Positions 10,039-19,607 of a DNA stretch of 64,000 nt are shown piece after piece. Location of the stretch: the NCBI GenBank assembly GCA_023228145.1, contig JALOBU010000005.1, positions 5,573-69,572 of the forward strand, given 5' to 3'. Under the pieces are notes generated by a model, which saw only the letters and a list, made by a program, of their open reading frames with translations, did not search any database and had not been told where the DNA came from. Origin of the DNA: Bacteroidales bacterium. GTDB lineage: Bacteria; Bacteroidota; Bacteroidia; Bacteroidales; CAIWKO01. How positions within the stretch are numbered: the first letter of the stretch is position 1; every line of letters starts with the position of its first letter. Both the position numbers and the translations under genes were made by a program.

Positions 10039-10992
10039 TTATTTTCTCTGCAAAACTTTCTGCACAGCATTAACAATATTAATGGTATCAAGGCCGTATT
10101 TTGTCATTAGTTCAGCGGGAGTTCCGCTCTCACCAAACTTATCATCCACAGCCACCATTTCCAAAGGGGCAGGAAATTTTTTCACAAGCAACTGTGCGAT
10201 GCTATCGCCCATCCCACCGTTCATCAAATGCTCTTCGGCAGTAACCACACATTTGGTTTTAGCAACGGAACTCAAAATTGCTTCTTCATCAAGAGGTTTG
10301 ATAGTATGAATATTAATAAGTTCCGCGCTTATGCCTTTCTCAATCAGGATTTTTACAGCTTCCAGCGCTTTCCAAACTAAATGCCCTACGGCAAAAATGC
10401 TGACATCAGTTCCTTCAGATAATTTAAGGGCTTTGCCAATAATGAAGCGCTCATCCGCTGGAATAAACACAGGCACTTTAGGCCTTCCAAAACGCAGATA
10501 AACAGGCCCGATATGTTCAGCGATAGCTTTTGTGGCAGCCTTAGTTTGGTTAAAGTCACAGGTATTAATTACCACCATGTTCGGCAGCATTTTCATCAGG
10601 CCGATATCCTCCATAATCTGGTGAGTGGCACCATCTTCTCCGAGAGTTATACCTGCATGCGATGCGCATATTTTTACATTTTTATTCGAATATGCCACCG
10701 ACTGCCTTATCTGGTCATAAACCCTTCCTGTGGAAAAATTGGCAAATGTACCCGTAAAAGGTATTTTACCTGCAATGGCAAGTCCTGAGGCTATCCCAAT
10801 CATATTGGCTTCGGCTATCCCTACTTGAATAAATCGTTCGGGAAATTCTTTGGCAAAATCACCCATCTTTAATGAGCCTGTTAGGTCGGCACAAAGCGCA
10901 ATAATATTAGAATTGGTTCTTCCCAATTCAAGCAATGCTTCTCCAAAACCCGAACGGGTATCTTTTTCTCCGGTTTTCTGAAATCTGTTCAT
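10039..10992 (-). CDS. Transketolase, C-terminal (pyrimidine-binding) subunit
   Basis: 317 aa. The motifs FIQVGIAEANMIGIASGLA and GEDGATHQ, and the C-terminal transketolase domain, are typical of split transketolases. Confidence 0.92.
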   Translation of the reverse strand: MNRFQKTGEKDTRSGFGEALLELGRTNSNIIALCADLTGSLKMGDFAKEFPERFIQVGIAEANMIGIASGLAIAGKIPFTGTFANFSTGRVYDQIRQSVAYSNKNVKICASHAGITLGEDGATHQIMEDIGLMKMLPNMVVINTCDFNQTKAATKAIAEHIGPVYLRFGRPKVPVFIPADERFIIGKALKLSEGTDVSIFAVGHLVWKALEAVKILIEKGISAELINIHTIKPLDEEAILSSVAKTKCVVTAEEHLMNGGMGDSIAQLLVKKFPAPLEMVAVDDKFGESGTPAELMTKYGLDTINIVNAVQKVLQRK

Positions 10993-11082
10993 GTTTTTTA
11001 TTATTATTCACAGATATTGCAGATATTTTGAGGATAAATAATCCATCATCATCTGCATCATCTTCGGATTCTATAACATATA

Positions 11083-12480
11083 TTAATAAAAATTTACACG
11101 TGTTGTAACTCCTGATTCAATTTTAAATGCTTTATCAATAGTATAAAAAGTGTGTGTTGCTCGTTTTGACCGGAAAATGATACGGTATTTGCCAGGCAAG
11201 ATGTAGAGGGTTTCCTGAAGACCTTCCTCATTCAGTTTATATATCCAGGTAAGTTTGTTGTTTTCTTCAAGATAGAGGTCTCCGTATCCGCGCATACTAG
11301 CCTGTATCACAGCAATGCCGGGCATAGGAATCTCTACGGAAGTAGTATAACTTTGTTTGATGTCCACATCGGAAATATACATTCTCGGCAAACAAAGCAC
11401 TTCAAGGTCGTACTTTCCTATAATGTATTTCGTTTTCTGGTCGAAGGACTGCACATTCAGTGTTTCCATTTTCCCCTTCTGGCGCACAATACATTGAAGG
11501 TTTTTTATTGTAGGATACTTCCCTCCTATTTTCAACTCGAGAGTTCCCTGTGGTGTGCTGAGAGCGATGGTAGTATGTTTCCCGGGAGTGATGGCTATAC
11601 TATCACTGCTCACAGAGGGTATAGTATGTACCACAATGTCGTATGCCAGCAACGGGTCAAGCATAAGGGTGTCGGGAGAGCCTTCATTATTAAGGGTATG
11701 TACGAAATTGTATTTAATTGTCTTTGAAAAATTATCGTATAATGTCATACCAACGTTTGTCTCTGTTGGATTCCCTTCTGAATCCAGCAGGTTAATCTGT
11801 GCTGTTGTAGAGTTAAGCGCCTGAGAAATTACTACATTCAATGCTTTGCTAAATTCACTTTCTGTAGCAGCGTCGAAATATGTTCCCACGCAATCAAAAG
11901 ATTCTTTAAAGCTTTTACCTATACCTATAATAAAAGGCTTGAGAATTATTCCTTTCTTTTGAAGGGCTTGTGACACTGCGCAAGGGTCTCCACCACATTC
12001 TTCCAAACCGTCAGTAATCAGAATAATTATGTTCCTGCAATTTTCACAAGGGGTAAAATCACTGCCGGCAGCTTCGAGAGATGCGGCTATGGGTGTTGTG
12101 CCCCGTGGATTAACCATTTTTAATTTATGTTTAATTTTTTCGGCATTATCAAATCCAAGAGGTATTTCTAATTTGCTGTCATCGCAATCCTGAGGTGGAT
12201 AATATTTTTGATGCCCGTAAATCCTTAAGCCCAACTGCAGGTCAGTAATATTTTTCAAGCTATCGAGTAACTCCGACATCAACTTGCTTGCGATGGAAAT
12301 TTTGCGGTCGCTTTGCCATGTTCCCAGCATACTCTGTGATGCGTCATACACAAACAAAATTCTTGTTGTAGGCTTTGGTTTGGGTTTTTCTTTTTCTGTA
12401 ATTGTTACTTGTGCAGTCGTATAAAAAAAATTTAAAACAACTAATACAATGAAAAAAATATTTTTACGAAGCATATTCAT
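11083..12480 (-). CDS. Secreted von Willebrand factor A (VWA) domain protein
   Basis: 465 aa with signal peptide MNMLRKNIFFIVLVVLNFFYTTAQ. It has a MIDAS-type DxSxS (VYDASQSM) and the downstream VWA core (IILITDGLEE). A ~240-aa beta-rich domain follows. Confidence 0.8.
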   Translation of the reverse strand: MNMLRKNIFFIVLVVLNFFYTTAQVTITEKEKPKPKPTTRILFVYDASQSMLGTWQSDRKISIASKLMSELLDSLKNITDLQLGLRIYGHQKYYPPQDCDDSKLEIPLGFDNAEKIKHKLKMVNPRGTTPIAASLEAAGSDFTPCENCRNIIILITDGLEECGGDPCAVSQALQKKGIILKPFIIGIGKSFKESFDCVGTYFDAATESEFSKALNVVISQALNSTTAQINLLDSEGNPTETNVGMTLYDNFSKTIKYNFVHTLNNEGSPDTLMLDPLLAYDIVVHTIPSVSSDSIAITPGKHTTIALSTPQGTLELKIGGKYPTIKNLQCIVRQKGKMETLNVQSFDQKTKYIIGKYDLEVLCLPRMYISDVDIKQSYTTSVEIPMPGIAVIQASMRGYGDLYLEENNKLTWIYKLNEEGLQETLYILPGKYRIIFRSKRATHTFYTIDKAFKIESGVTTRVNFY

Positions 12481-12491
12481 GACAACAAGAA

Positions 12492-13337
12492 TTAATAATC
12501 GCCCAGTGTTTCAGGCAATTGAGCCAATGCCAGTTTCAGCTGTTCATCGTTAGGTGCTATTCCATGCCATTTGTGTGTGCCCATCATAAAATCAACTCCA
12601 TAACCCATTTCTGTTTTCATAATGATAACGACAGGAACCCCTTTAAAGGTATTCGCTTTTGCAATTATTAACATATCCAGAATTTCAGAGATGTCGTTAC
12701 CATTCATTTCAAATACTTTCCATCCAAAAGCAGTAAACTTTGCTTTAATATCACCTAAAGAAAGTACATCATCCGTGTTACCTTCTATTTGCCTTCCGTT
12801 GTAATCAATAATGCTGATGATATTGTCAATTTTTTTTGCAGAAGCAAACATTATGGCCTCCCAAATTTGGCCTTCCTGTATTTCTCCGTCACCATGCAGG
12901 CAGTAAACAATATGATTGTCTTTTTCAAGTTTTTTTGCAATGGCCATACCTATCGCTACCGACATGCCTTGCCCCAGAGAGCCGGAAGCTACTCTGACGC
13001 CTTTAGTTTTTTCAGCCGTTGTGGGATGCCCCTGTAATGATGAATTTAGTTTGCGAAATGTTGCCAAATCCTTTATTTCAAAATATCCTGAACGTGCCAG
13101 TACACTATACCATGCAGCAGAAAGGTGTCCGTTCGAAAGGAAAAAAACATCTTCATTCCGGCCTTCCATGCTAAATGGTTGAGGGATATGCTCCATTACA
13201 GAAAAATATAGACAGGTCAGTAAATCAGAACACCCAAGCGAACCTCCGGGATGTCCTGAATTGACAGCATGTATCATACGCAGTAAATCGCGCCGCACTT
13301 GTGTCGCAATTTTTTTAAGTTCGTCAACCGTACGCAT
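12492..13337 (-). CDS. Transketolase, N-terminal (TPP-binding) subunit
   Basis: 281 aa with motifs SGHPGGSLG, GSLGQG and HGDGEIQEGQIWEA. Confidence 0.92.
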   Translation of the reverse strand: MRTVDELKKIATQVRRDLLRMIHAVNSGHPGGSLGCSDLLTCLYFSVMEHIPQPFSMEGRNEDVFFLSNGHLSAAWYSVLARSGYFEIKDLATFRKLNSSLQGHPTTAEKTKGVRVASGSLGQGMSVAIGMAIAKKLEKDNHIVYCLHGDGEIQEGQIWEAIMFASAKKIDNIISIIDYNGRQIEGNTDDVLSLGDIKAKFTAFGWKVFEMNGNDISEILDMLIIAKANTFKGVPVVIIMKTEMGYGVDFMMGTHKWHGIAPNDEQLKLALAQLPETLGDY

Positions 13338-13467
13338 AAATATTTTTTTTCAAATATAATTTTTTAATTCACCTTAAACATCATTGTTAAAAAGTAATTG
13401 AATAAGTTTTTATGGCATTGATTATCAGTAGACTATTTTACAAAACCAAAAGCATTTATAAAATTAA

Positions 13468-13475
13468 TACTTTTG
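13468..13475 (+). promoter_or_regulatory. TAnnTTTG -7 box for ychF
   Basis: tacttttg lies 14 nt upstream of the ATG at 13489. Confidence 0.45.
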
Positions 13476-13488
13476 TAAAAAAAATTAT

Positions 13489-14586
13489 ATGGGATTGAAC
13501 TGTGGAATTGTGGGATTAGCCAATTGCGGCAAAACTACTATTTTCAATTGTATGTCAAGTACCAAAGCACAGACAAGTAACTTTGCTTTCACTTCCAATA
13601 AATCAAATCATGCTATCATCAATGTACCTGACGACCGTTTGTACGTGCTTGCCAAGCTTGTGAAAGCAGCAAAAGTAGTGCACGCCACAGTTGAAATTGT
13701 TGACATTCCAGGTTTAACAAAAGGAGCAAGCCAGGGAGAAGGCATGGGGAATTCCTTTCTCGCTGACATTCGTCAAACGGAAGCAATAATTCATGTGATA
13801 CGCTGCTTTGATGATGTAAATCTGCCACATATTGAAGGTTCGGTAAATCCTGTCAGGGATAAGGAAATTATTGACCTTGAATTACAGATTAACGATCTGG
13901 AACAGGTGGAGCGAAAAATGCAACGTGTTGATAAAGCTGCCAAAACGGGTGATAAAGAGGCCAAACATCTTTTTGAAGTTCTCAAGTTGTATAAAAATCA
14001 CCTTGAATCATTTCAATCAGCAAGAACACTTTCAATACCTGACGAAGAAAGAAAACTTGTCAGAGACCTCTGCTTGCTAACAGAAAAGCCTGTCATGTAC
14101 GTATGTAATGTTGATGATGCTTCAGCAAGTACCGGGAATACTTATTCCGAACAATTGAAAGAATCTGTAAAAAATGAAAACACCGAAGTACTCGTCATAG
14201 CCGGAAAACTGGAGGCGGAAATTTATGAATTGGAATCGGAAGAAGACCGCATGGCGTTTCTTAATGATGTAGGCCTGACGGAGCCCGGAGTAAACAAACT
14301 CATCAAATCGGCATATCATCTGCTAAATCTTCGAACATTTTTTACTGCAGGCCCCAAAGAATCAAAAGCCTGGACAATAAAAACAGGGATGAGCGCCCCG
14401 CAGGCCTCTGGAGTTATTCATTCCGACCTTGAAAAAGGATTTATACGTGCAGAAGTGATGAAGTACGATGATTTTGTAAAACTTGGTTCTGAAAGCGCTT
14501 GCAAAGAAGCAGGGAAATTTAATGTTGAAGGGAAAAATTACATTGTTGAAGAAGGAGATATCATGCATATCCGCTTCAATGTGTGA
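13489..14586 (+). CDS. ychF: Redox-regulated ATPase YchF (Obg-family)
   Basis: 365 aa with P-loop GLANCGKTTIFN, DIPGL, and the inserted coiled-coil. The C-terminus is the YchF/TGS-like domain (FFTAGPKESKAWTI..G..AP.AAG.IHSD). Confidence 0.95.
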   Translation: MGLNCGIVGLANCGKTTIFNCMSSTKAQTSNFAFTSNKSNHAIINVPDDRLYVLAKLVKAAKVVHATVEIVDIPGLTKGASQGEGMGNSFLADIRQTEAIIHVIRCFDDVNLPHIEGSVNPVRDKEIIDLELQINDLEQVERKMQRVDKAAKTGDKEAKHLFEVLKLYKNHLESFQSARTLSIPDEERKLVRDLCLLTEKPVMYVCNVDDASASTGNTYSEQLKESVKNENTEVLVIAGKLEAEIYELESEEDRMAFLNDVGLTEPGVNKLIKSAYHLLNLRTFFTAGPKESKAWTIKTGMSAPQASGVIHSDLEKGFIRAEVMKYDDFVKLGSESACKEAGKFNVEGKNYIVEEGDIMHIRFNV

Positions 14587-14590
14587 GCGA

Positions 14591-14995
14591 CTATCGACAA
14601 AATCGAAGCTTATCCCGCATATTCGCTTTACCTAGTTCATCCGCTTTTCTCCAGTCAGCGCAGGCTTTTTCATGCTCATTGATCGATTGATAAAGATTTC
14701 CCCGGTTTGCATAAGCGTCTGTAAAAGCAGGATTAATTTCTATCGCTTTGTTGTAATCAGCTATCGCACCCTGATAGTCAAGTGTACTGAATTTTAAATT
14801 TGCACGGTAATAATAAGGTTGGTCGAACAATGGATCCAACTCAATGGCTTTGTTAAAATCTTTTATTGCCTCTTCAATTGAATGGCTGTACATCTTGCGT
14901 ATTCCGCTCTTGTTAAATTCAATTGCCTTCTCATGTTTTGATGTACAAGAACAAAGTAAAACAATACTTATCGCAATAAAAAATACTTTTTTCAT
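14591..14995 (-). CDS. TPR-repeat lipoprotein
   Basis: It has a lipoprotein signal (MKKVFFIAISIVLLCSC) and three TPR-like units (AIKDFNKAIELDP, AIADYNKAIEINP, ACADWRKADELG). Confidence 0.8.
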   Translation of the reverse strand: MKKVFFIAISIVLLCSCTSKHEKAIEFNKSGIRKMYSHSIEEAIKDFNKAIELDPLFDQPYYYRANLKFSTLDYQGAIADYNKAIEINPAFTDAYANRGNLYQSINEHEKACADWRKADELGKANMRDKLRFCR

Positions 14996-15053
14996 TTTTG
15001 AAGTTTTCTATTGCAAAGTAAATATTTATTTAAGCAAATAAAAACTTTTTAAA

Positions 15054-15076
15054 TAAAAAAAGCTCCCTAAGGAGCT
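15054..15076 (-). terminator. Rho-independent terminator of the 15099..15647 gene
   Basis: The hairpin is agctcc-ctaa-ggagct (15061-15076). Read on the minus strand it is followed by a U-run (aaaaaaa at 15054-15060 on the + strand). Confidence 0.65.
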
Positions 15077-15098
15077 TAAAAAATGAAAATCAAAATAA

Positions 15099-15647
15099 TT
15101 ATTTTTTCCATTTACGATATTCATCAAGCAGGCTTGCCGAAGACTCTGAGGGCTTGCTGACACTTGTTGACACAATGAGTTTCTTGAGTTTTGATGGCCA
15201 TAATACTACAGGCATAACATCGCCACCGTAAGAGCCATTGGACTCAATGTAACTTTCTCCATCCACAGAACTGGCGTAAAACATAAATGGACTTTTTTTA
15301 TCGAACTGATAAAGTCTCGCTGCCTGCAGATTCGGAAAATTCATTATCACTTCGCCACACAAAACACCATTCTCTTCATAAAGACGCTTTGAAATATTTT
15401 GTGCTTCCGGATATGATTCTTCAATCTTGCTGCCATTAATATAACTGCTCAATAACTCGTCAAAATCCTGTACCCTGGTATATCCAGCCGAATCCTCATC
15501 GGACATAATGTTGATATATTTTATAGTCAGTTTCCCTGAATTTTTACCGGTAAATTCAAAAGTGTATTGCTTACGCTCAACAGTAAGGCAACTTACCATA
15601 AAAAACACAAAAACTCCGATAGCCAGTAATAAAAAAATTCTTTTCAT
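15099..15647 (-). CDS. Hypothetical lipoprotein
   Basis: 182 aa with a lipobox-like signal (LLAIGVFVFFMVSC). I recognise no family. Confidence 0.65.
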   Translation of the reverse strand: MKRIFLLLAIGVFVFFMVSCLTVERKQYTFEFTGKNSGKLTIKYINIMSDEDSAGYTRVQDFDELLSSYINGSKIEESYPEAQNISKRLYEENGVLCGEVIMNFPNLQAARLYQFDKKSPFMFYASSVDGESYIESNGSYGGDVMPVVLWPSKLKKLIVSTSVSKPSESSASLLDEYRKWKK

Positions 15648-15768
15648 ATTATTTGTTTTTTAAAAGCCGGAAGCAATCCTTTCTCCTGTAATGAGCCCGC
15701 CAGCCTTTGGTTAATAATTTATTTTTAAGGATTTGAAACATACAGGAATTTCTTTTCAAATATAGTAA

Positions 15769-15776
15769 TAATTTTG
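15769..15776 (+). promoter_or_regulatory. TAnnTTTG -7 box upstream of the DUF77-pnuC-kinase operon
   Basis: taattttg lies 37 nt upstream of the ATG at 15813. Confidence 0.45.
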
Positions 15777-15812
15777 CATGTACATTTGTAACCAATAAAA
15801 AATAAGTTTTAT

Positions 15813-16064
15813 ATGAAAATTTCTATAGAAATGAGTTATTATCCGCTTACAGAAGAATACAAACCTGAAATTCTTGATTTTATTAAGCGCATTAATACAT
15901 ACAAAGAACTTGTAGCTATTACAAACGGAATGAGTACGCAGATTTTTGGCGAATACCGATATGTGATGAACGCTATTACCAACGAAATTGAAAAATCATT
16001 TGAACTGCCACATTCCGTATTTATAATGAAAGTTATTAATGCAGATTTGCAGACGATAATTTAG
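15813..16064 (+). CDS. MTH1187/YkoF-like (DUF77, thiamine-binding-protein family) small protein
   Basis: 83 aa. The pattern I.EMSYYPL....Y.PEI..FI..I.......V.TNGMSTQIFGEY..V...I matches the DUF77 ferredoxin-like fold signature (isv.P.g ... pmgT.iEGe.d.v). Confidence 0.55.
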   Translation: MKISIEMSYYPLTEEYKPEILDFIKRINTYKELVAITNGMSTQIFGEYRYVMNAITNEIEKSFELPHSVFIMKVINADLQTII

Positions 16065-16070
16065 ATATAA

Positions 16071-16110
16071 CAATAGCCAGAAGCCAATTATCGTTGGCAT
16101 TTGGCTATTG
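16071..16110 (+). other. Strong 17-bp-stem hairpin between the DUF77 gene and pnuC
   Basis: caatagccagaagccaa (16071-16087) pairs with ttggcatttggctattg (16094-16110), with one mismatch and one G-U pair. The loop is ttatcg. No U-run follows. Confidence 0.6.
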
Positions 16111-16123
16111 ACCCCAAAATAAA

Positions 16124-16708
16124 ATGAACTGGATTACCGAACACTATATTGAGGTCACTGCCGCTATACTTGGAATCACCGGAGTGTTTCTCACTACCAG
16201 GCAAAACATCTGGTGCTGGCCCATAGGCTTGCTGAATGTAACACTATCCATATATGTATTTTTTATTGAAAAGTTATATGCAGATGTGATATTGCAGTTT
16301 TTTTACCTGGGAATGACATTATATGGATGGTACAATTGGATTTTTGGAGGGAAAAAGAAATATGAATTGCCGGTGCGCAGAATCAAAGGCAGAGAAGTGA
16401 GTGTTATGCTAATCATCGGGATTATTTTTTCTTTTGCCATGGGTTACATTATTGCTAATTATACCGATGCTGCATATCCTTACTGGGATTCAAACCTGAC
16501 GGTGTGGGGTATCATTGCCACCTATGCCATGGCAAAAAAAATACTTGCACATTGGTTGATGTGGATAATTATTGATATAAATTGTACCGCTCTGTATTTT
16601 ATTAAGCAGATGTATGCATTTTCACCTTTATATTTTATTTTTACTTTACTTGCTGTTTACGGATACTTTCAATGGAAAAAAGATTACAAAACCGAATATT
16701 CCGTATAG
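16124..16708 (+). CDS. pnuC: PnuC-family vitamin transporter (nicotinamide riboside or related)
   Basis: 194 aa, polytopic. The Pnu signature region is TTRQNIWCWPIGLLNVTLSIYVFF ... LYGWYNW. Confidence 0.85.
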   Translation: MNWITEHYIEVTAAILGITGVFLTTRQNIWCWPIGLLNVTLSIYVFFIEKLYADVILQFFYLGMTLYGWYNWIFGGKKKYELPVRRIKGREVSVMLIIGIIFSFAMGYIIANYTDAAYPYWDSNLTVWGIIATYAMAKKILAHWLMWIIIDINCTALYFIKQMYAFSPLYFIFTLLAVYGYFQWKKDYKTEYSV

Positions 16709-17220
16709 CTGTCACCGGACCTGAATCTACAGGAAAATCTGAATTGTCCGAACAACTGGCTAAGCATTATAAAACCATATTTGTTCCGGAATATGCCAGA
16801 GAATACATAAGCCAGCTTGGCAGGGAATATAAATACAAAGATCTTGAAATCATTGCCCGGGAACAAATAAACCTTCAAAATAAAGCTGAACATAAAGCAA
16901 ATAAAATACTTATTTGCGATACAGAGCTCACTGTGATTAAAATCTGGTCAGAACACAAATTCAATAAATGCTCTGAATGGATAACAAAAAACTTCATAAA
17001 AAATACTTACGACCTGTATTTACTTTGCAATATTGACTTGCCTTGGGAATATGACCCTCTGCGAGAACATCCTCACCTGCGTAAGCATTTTTTCGACTGC
17101 TATGAAAATGAGCTAAGAAAAAGAGATGTCAGGTATATTATTATCAGTGGTAAAGGAAAAAAAAGATTACAAAATGCCATCAAAGAAATTGAGAAAGTTT
17201 TTTCTGATTTTAGAGTATAA
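16672..17220 (+). CDS. NadR-C-terminal-like AAA ATPase (putative ribosylnicotinamide kinase)
   Basis: 182 aa with P-loop IAVTGPESTGKS followed by VPEYAREY. It overlaps the pnuC 3' end by 37 nt. The pnuC-nadR(kinase) pairing is a known arrangement. Confidence 0.75.
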   Translation: MEKRLQNRIFRIAVTGPESTGKSELSEQLAKHYKTIFVPEYAREYISQLGREYKYKDLEIIAREQINLQNKAEHKANKILICDTELTVIKIWSEHKFNKCSEWITKNFIKNTYDLYLLCNIDLPWEYDPLREHPHLRKHFFDCYENELRKRDVRYIIISGKGKKRLQNAIKEIEKVFSDFRV

Positions 17221-17268
17221 AAAATATATTTTAAACATTAGTTTATTAACTTTGTAAAAAAGTTTTTA

Positions 17269-18336
17269 ATGAAATATTGCATTCAGTTATTGTTTTTATT
17301 GTTATCATTTTCTTCTTACGCACAGATAGTGATTGACAGCACCGATATGCCTGACCCCGGAGATACGATAACCCGCAGATTTACTTATGACCTCAATAGT
17401 TTAAACTATCAACAAACGGATACCGCCTGTACTTGGGATTTTTCATCATTATCATCCGATTATTTAGTCAGCGACTCCTTTGTTACTGTGGGATCAACTG
17501 ATTTTGCCTATGAAGTGATGTTTAACAATTTCTTATACCCGCAAAACAGGGCAACTGTTGCTTTACCACAGGAATCGCAAAACATTCCTTTTATTGATAT
17601 TGAAATCACTGAAAGGTATAATTTTTATAAAAACACACATACACGTTTTACTATGTTGGGCATAGGTGCCAAAATAAACGACATTCCTATGCCCCTGAAA
17701 TATAGCAATCCTGAAGTTTTATATAAATTTCCGATAACCTACAATAACCGTGACACCTCTGATTCTGAATATCATGCAAACATTCCGGGCATGGGATATT
17801 ATGGTCAAAAAATCCATCGCGAGAATCACGTGGACGGATGGGGCACTTTGTTTCTGCCTGCAGATACTTTTGAAGTCATACGCGTAAAGTCAAAAGTAAT
17901 TTATTCTGATACCATTTATTCGGATTCACTTGGATTCGGATACGAATTTGACCGCACTGAAACAGAATACAAATGGTTTGCAAAAGGTTTTCATGGCCCC
18001 GTGCTTCAGATAACAAAACAAGAATATGGCTTGGCTTCAGCAAAGTTTTATTACAATCCACCTCCGGACTTATCAATAAAACAAACAGAAACCGAAGAAA
18101 TAATAAAAATTAACCCCAACCCTGCCAATGATTTCATACATATTTATTTCCCCAACTCCCCGGATGATTTCAGTATCATCATTACAGATATTACAGGCAG
18201 AGAAAAAGTTTGTTATGATTACCAACAGAATCAACAAAACCTTAACATCTCTGTGGCAAAACTTACAAAGGGATTGTACTTTTTAAGCATCGTAACACCT
18301 GATATTAAACTCACTAAAAAGTTTATAAAACTATAA
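17269..18336 (+). CDS. T9SS-sorted secreted protein, function unknown
   Basis: It has signal peptide MKYCIQLLFLLLSFSSYAQ and a Por_Secre_tail-like C-terminus (INPNPANDFIHIYFP ... GLYFLSIVT). Confidence 0.8.
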   Translation: MKYCIQLLFLLLSFSSYAQIVIDSTDMPDPGDTITRRFTYDLNSLNYQQTDTACTWDFSSLSSDYLVSDSFVTVGSTDFAYEVMFNNFLYPQNRATVALPQESQNIPFIDIEITERYNFYKNTHTRFTMLGIGAKINDIPMPLKYSNPEVLYKFPITYNNRDTSDSEYHANIPGMGYYGQKIHRENHVDGWGTLFLPADTFEVIRVKSKVIYSDTIYSDSLGFGYEFDRTETEYKWFAKGFHGPVLQITKQEYGLASAKFYYNPPPDLSIKQTETEEIIKINPNPANDFIHIYFPNSPDDFSIIITDITGREKVCYDYQQNQQNLNISVAKLTKGLYFLSIVTPDIKLTKKFIKL

Positions 18337-18342
18337 GCTAAA

Positions 18343-19572
18343 TTATTTTATAATTTTATCCAGAACACTTTTTGCAGCATATTTATAAAGCAACAAGTTC
18401 ATCATTTTCAGCTTCACGTAATCCTCACTCATAAAACGGTATCCTTCGGGTTTTTTCCCAAAAACACCCGCCCCGGAGTCTTTGATGAGAAACCAGTATT
18501 TTCCCTCATAAATACAGTACCCGACGAGTTCCATACAGTGGTCGTCAGTAGTTCTTTCATCTGAAAGGCGCATCTGGCGGGAGTTGTCGTTAATGTATTC
18601 GGAAGGTATATCAAAACTCGGAATGATGCATGTTCGGTTTTTTGAGTCTATGCCCGGCTCACTCACATCGCCGCAAATACATATAGTATAGCCATTTTTT
18701 ACCGCATCGGTAATAATTCGCATGTAATCATCAAGGCAAACATTGTAATAGTCTTGACTGTGCCACCAATTATCTTTTTCAACCAGTTCTCCTTTCTGAT
18801 TAAAGGGCGCACTTTGGGTTGACATAAAACTGAAATAATCAGAAGGAATGATTTTTAGGTATTCTTTTAAAAAGGTTTCAGGAGAATAAGCTACACCATC
18901 GTATTGGAATTGTGCCGGTGGCTCTCCCATATATGAATTCAAAATTGACTTAATTGTATTTAATACTTCCTGCTCATTCCAAAAATTATCCTCTTTAACC
19001 TTTTCAAGATATGAAAGAATAGTTTCTATCATCACACTGTGGTCATATACTCTCTGCTCCGAAAGCAATCCGGAGTATGCGCTGTAGGGTACTATCCCAT
19101 GCAATTTCATCATCCTGACCAGTGCATTGGATTCGGAACCTTCGGCATAATATGTTTTACCTCTTGTTTTTACAAAGTCCCTTGCACGTTCTATATAATC
19201 ATAATAAACAACATACATCTCCGATAGTTTAACTTTAATTTTATACTGCCTGTAAATATCCGACTCCATCATAGCTATCGAACCAAAAGCCCAGCAGGTT
19301 CCTGTATTACCTTGAGATACCGCAGGGTTATGCCACATTTTTGTATACAAAGACGTGTCGTTTGGGTAAATATTTTCACCATTAACAACAGACAAATATT
19401 TGTAAGGTTCATAAAGAGTATTATTTTTAATAAGCTCCCTGAGAATAACATTTTCATAATACCCGGGGACATATTCCTTAAAAACGGCTTTATCTTTTTT
19501 TAGTGGTTGTTGTGCTTGTAATTGCATTGCTGTCATCAGCAACAAAGCAAGAATATTAAGATTTTTTTTCAT
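18343..19572 (-). CDS. C1-family (papain-like, aminopeptidase C/bleomycin-hydrolase-like) cysteine peptidase, secreted
   Basis: 409 aa with a signal peptide. The catalytic Cys motif is SQGNTGTCWAFGS, and a downstream His region is DDHCMELVGY. Confidence 0.85.
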   Translation of the reverse strand: MKKNLNILALLLMTAMQLQAQQPLKKDKAVFKEYVPGYYENVILRELIKNNTLYEPYKYLSVVNGENIYPNDTSLYTKMWHNPAVSQGNTGTCWAFGSIAMMESDIYRQYKIKVKLSEMYVVYYDYIERARDFVKTRGKTYYAEGSESNALVRMMKLHGIVPYSAYSGLLSEQRVYDHSVMIETILSYLEKVKEDNFWNEQEVLNTIKSILNSYMGEPPAQFQYDGVAYSPETFLKEYLKIIPSDYFSFMSTQSAPFNQKGELVEKDNWWHSQDYYNVCLDDYMRIITDAVKNGYTICICGDVSEPGIDSKNRTCIIPSFDIPSEYINDNSRQMRLSDERTTDDHCMELVGYCIYEGKYWFLIKDSGAGVFGKKPEGYRFMSEDYVKLKMMNLLLYKYAAKSVLDKIIK

Positions 19573-19607
19573 ACCAGAAGTTTTATACTTATATTTGAAA
19601 TAAAAAA

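Noticed and set aside
10993-11082. Short repeats cagatatt-gcagatatt and atcatcatctgcatcatcttc between tkt-C and the VWA gene
   Set aside because: There are only two imperfect copies in AT-rich sequence, which is compatible with chance or an ordinary terminator/leader region.
15648-15812. TPP or other riboswitch upstream of the DUF77-pnuC operon
   Set aside because: I could not find the conserved TPP core elements or any extended GC-rich structure. The region is AT-rich and has only a plausible promoter box.
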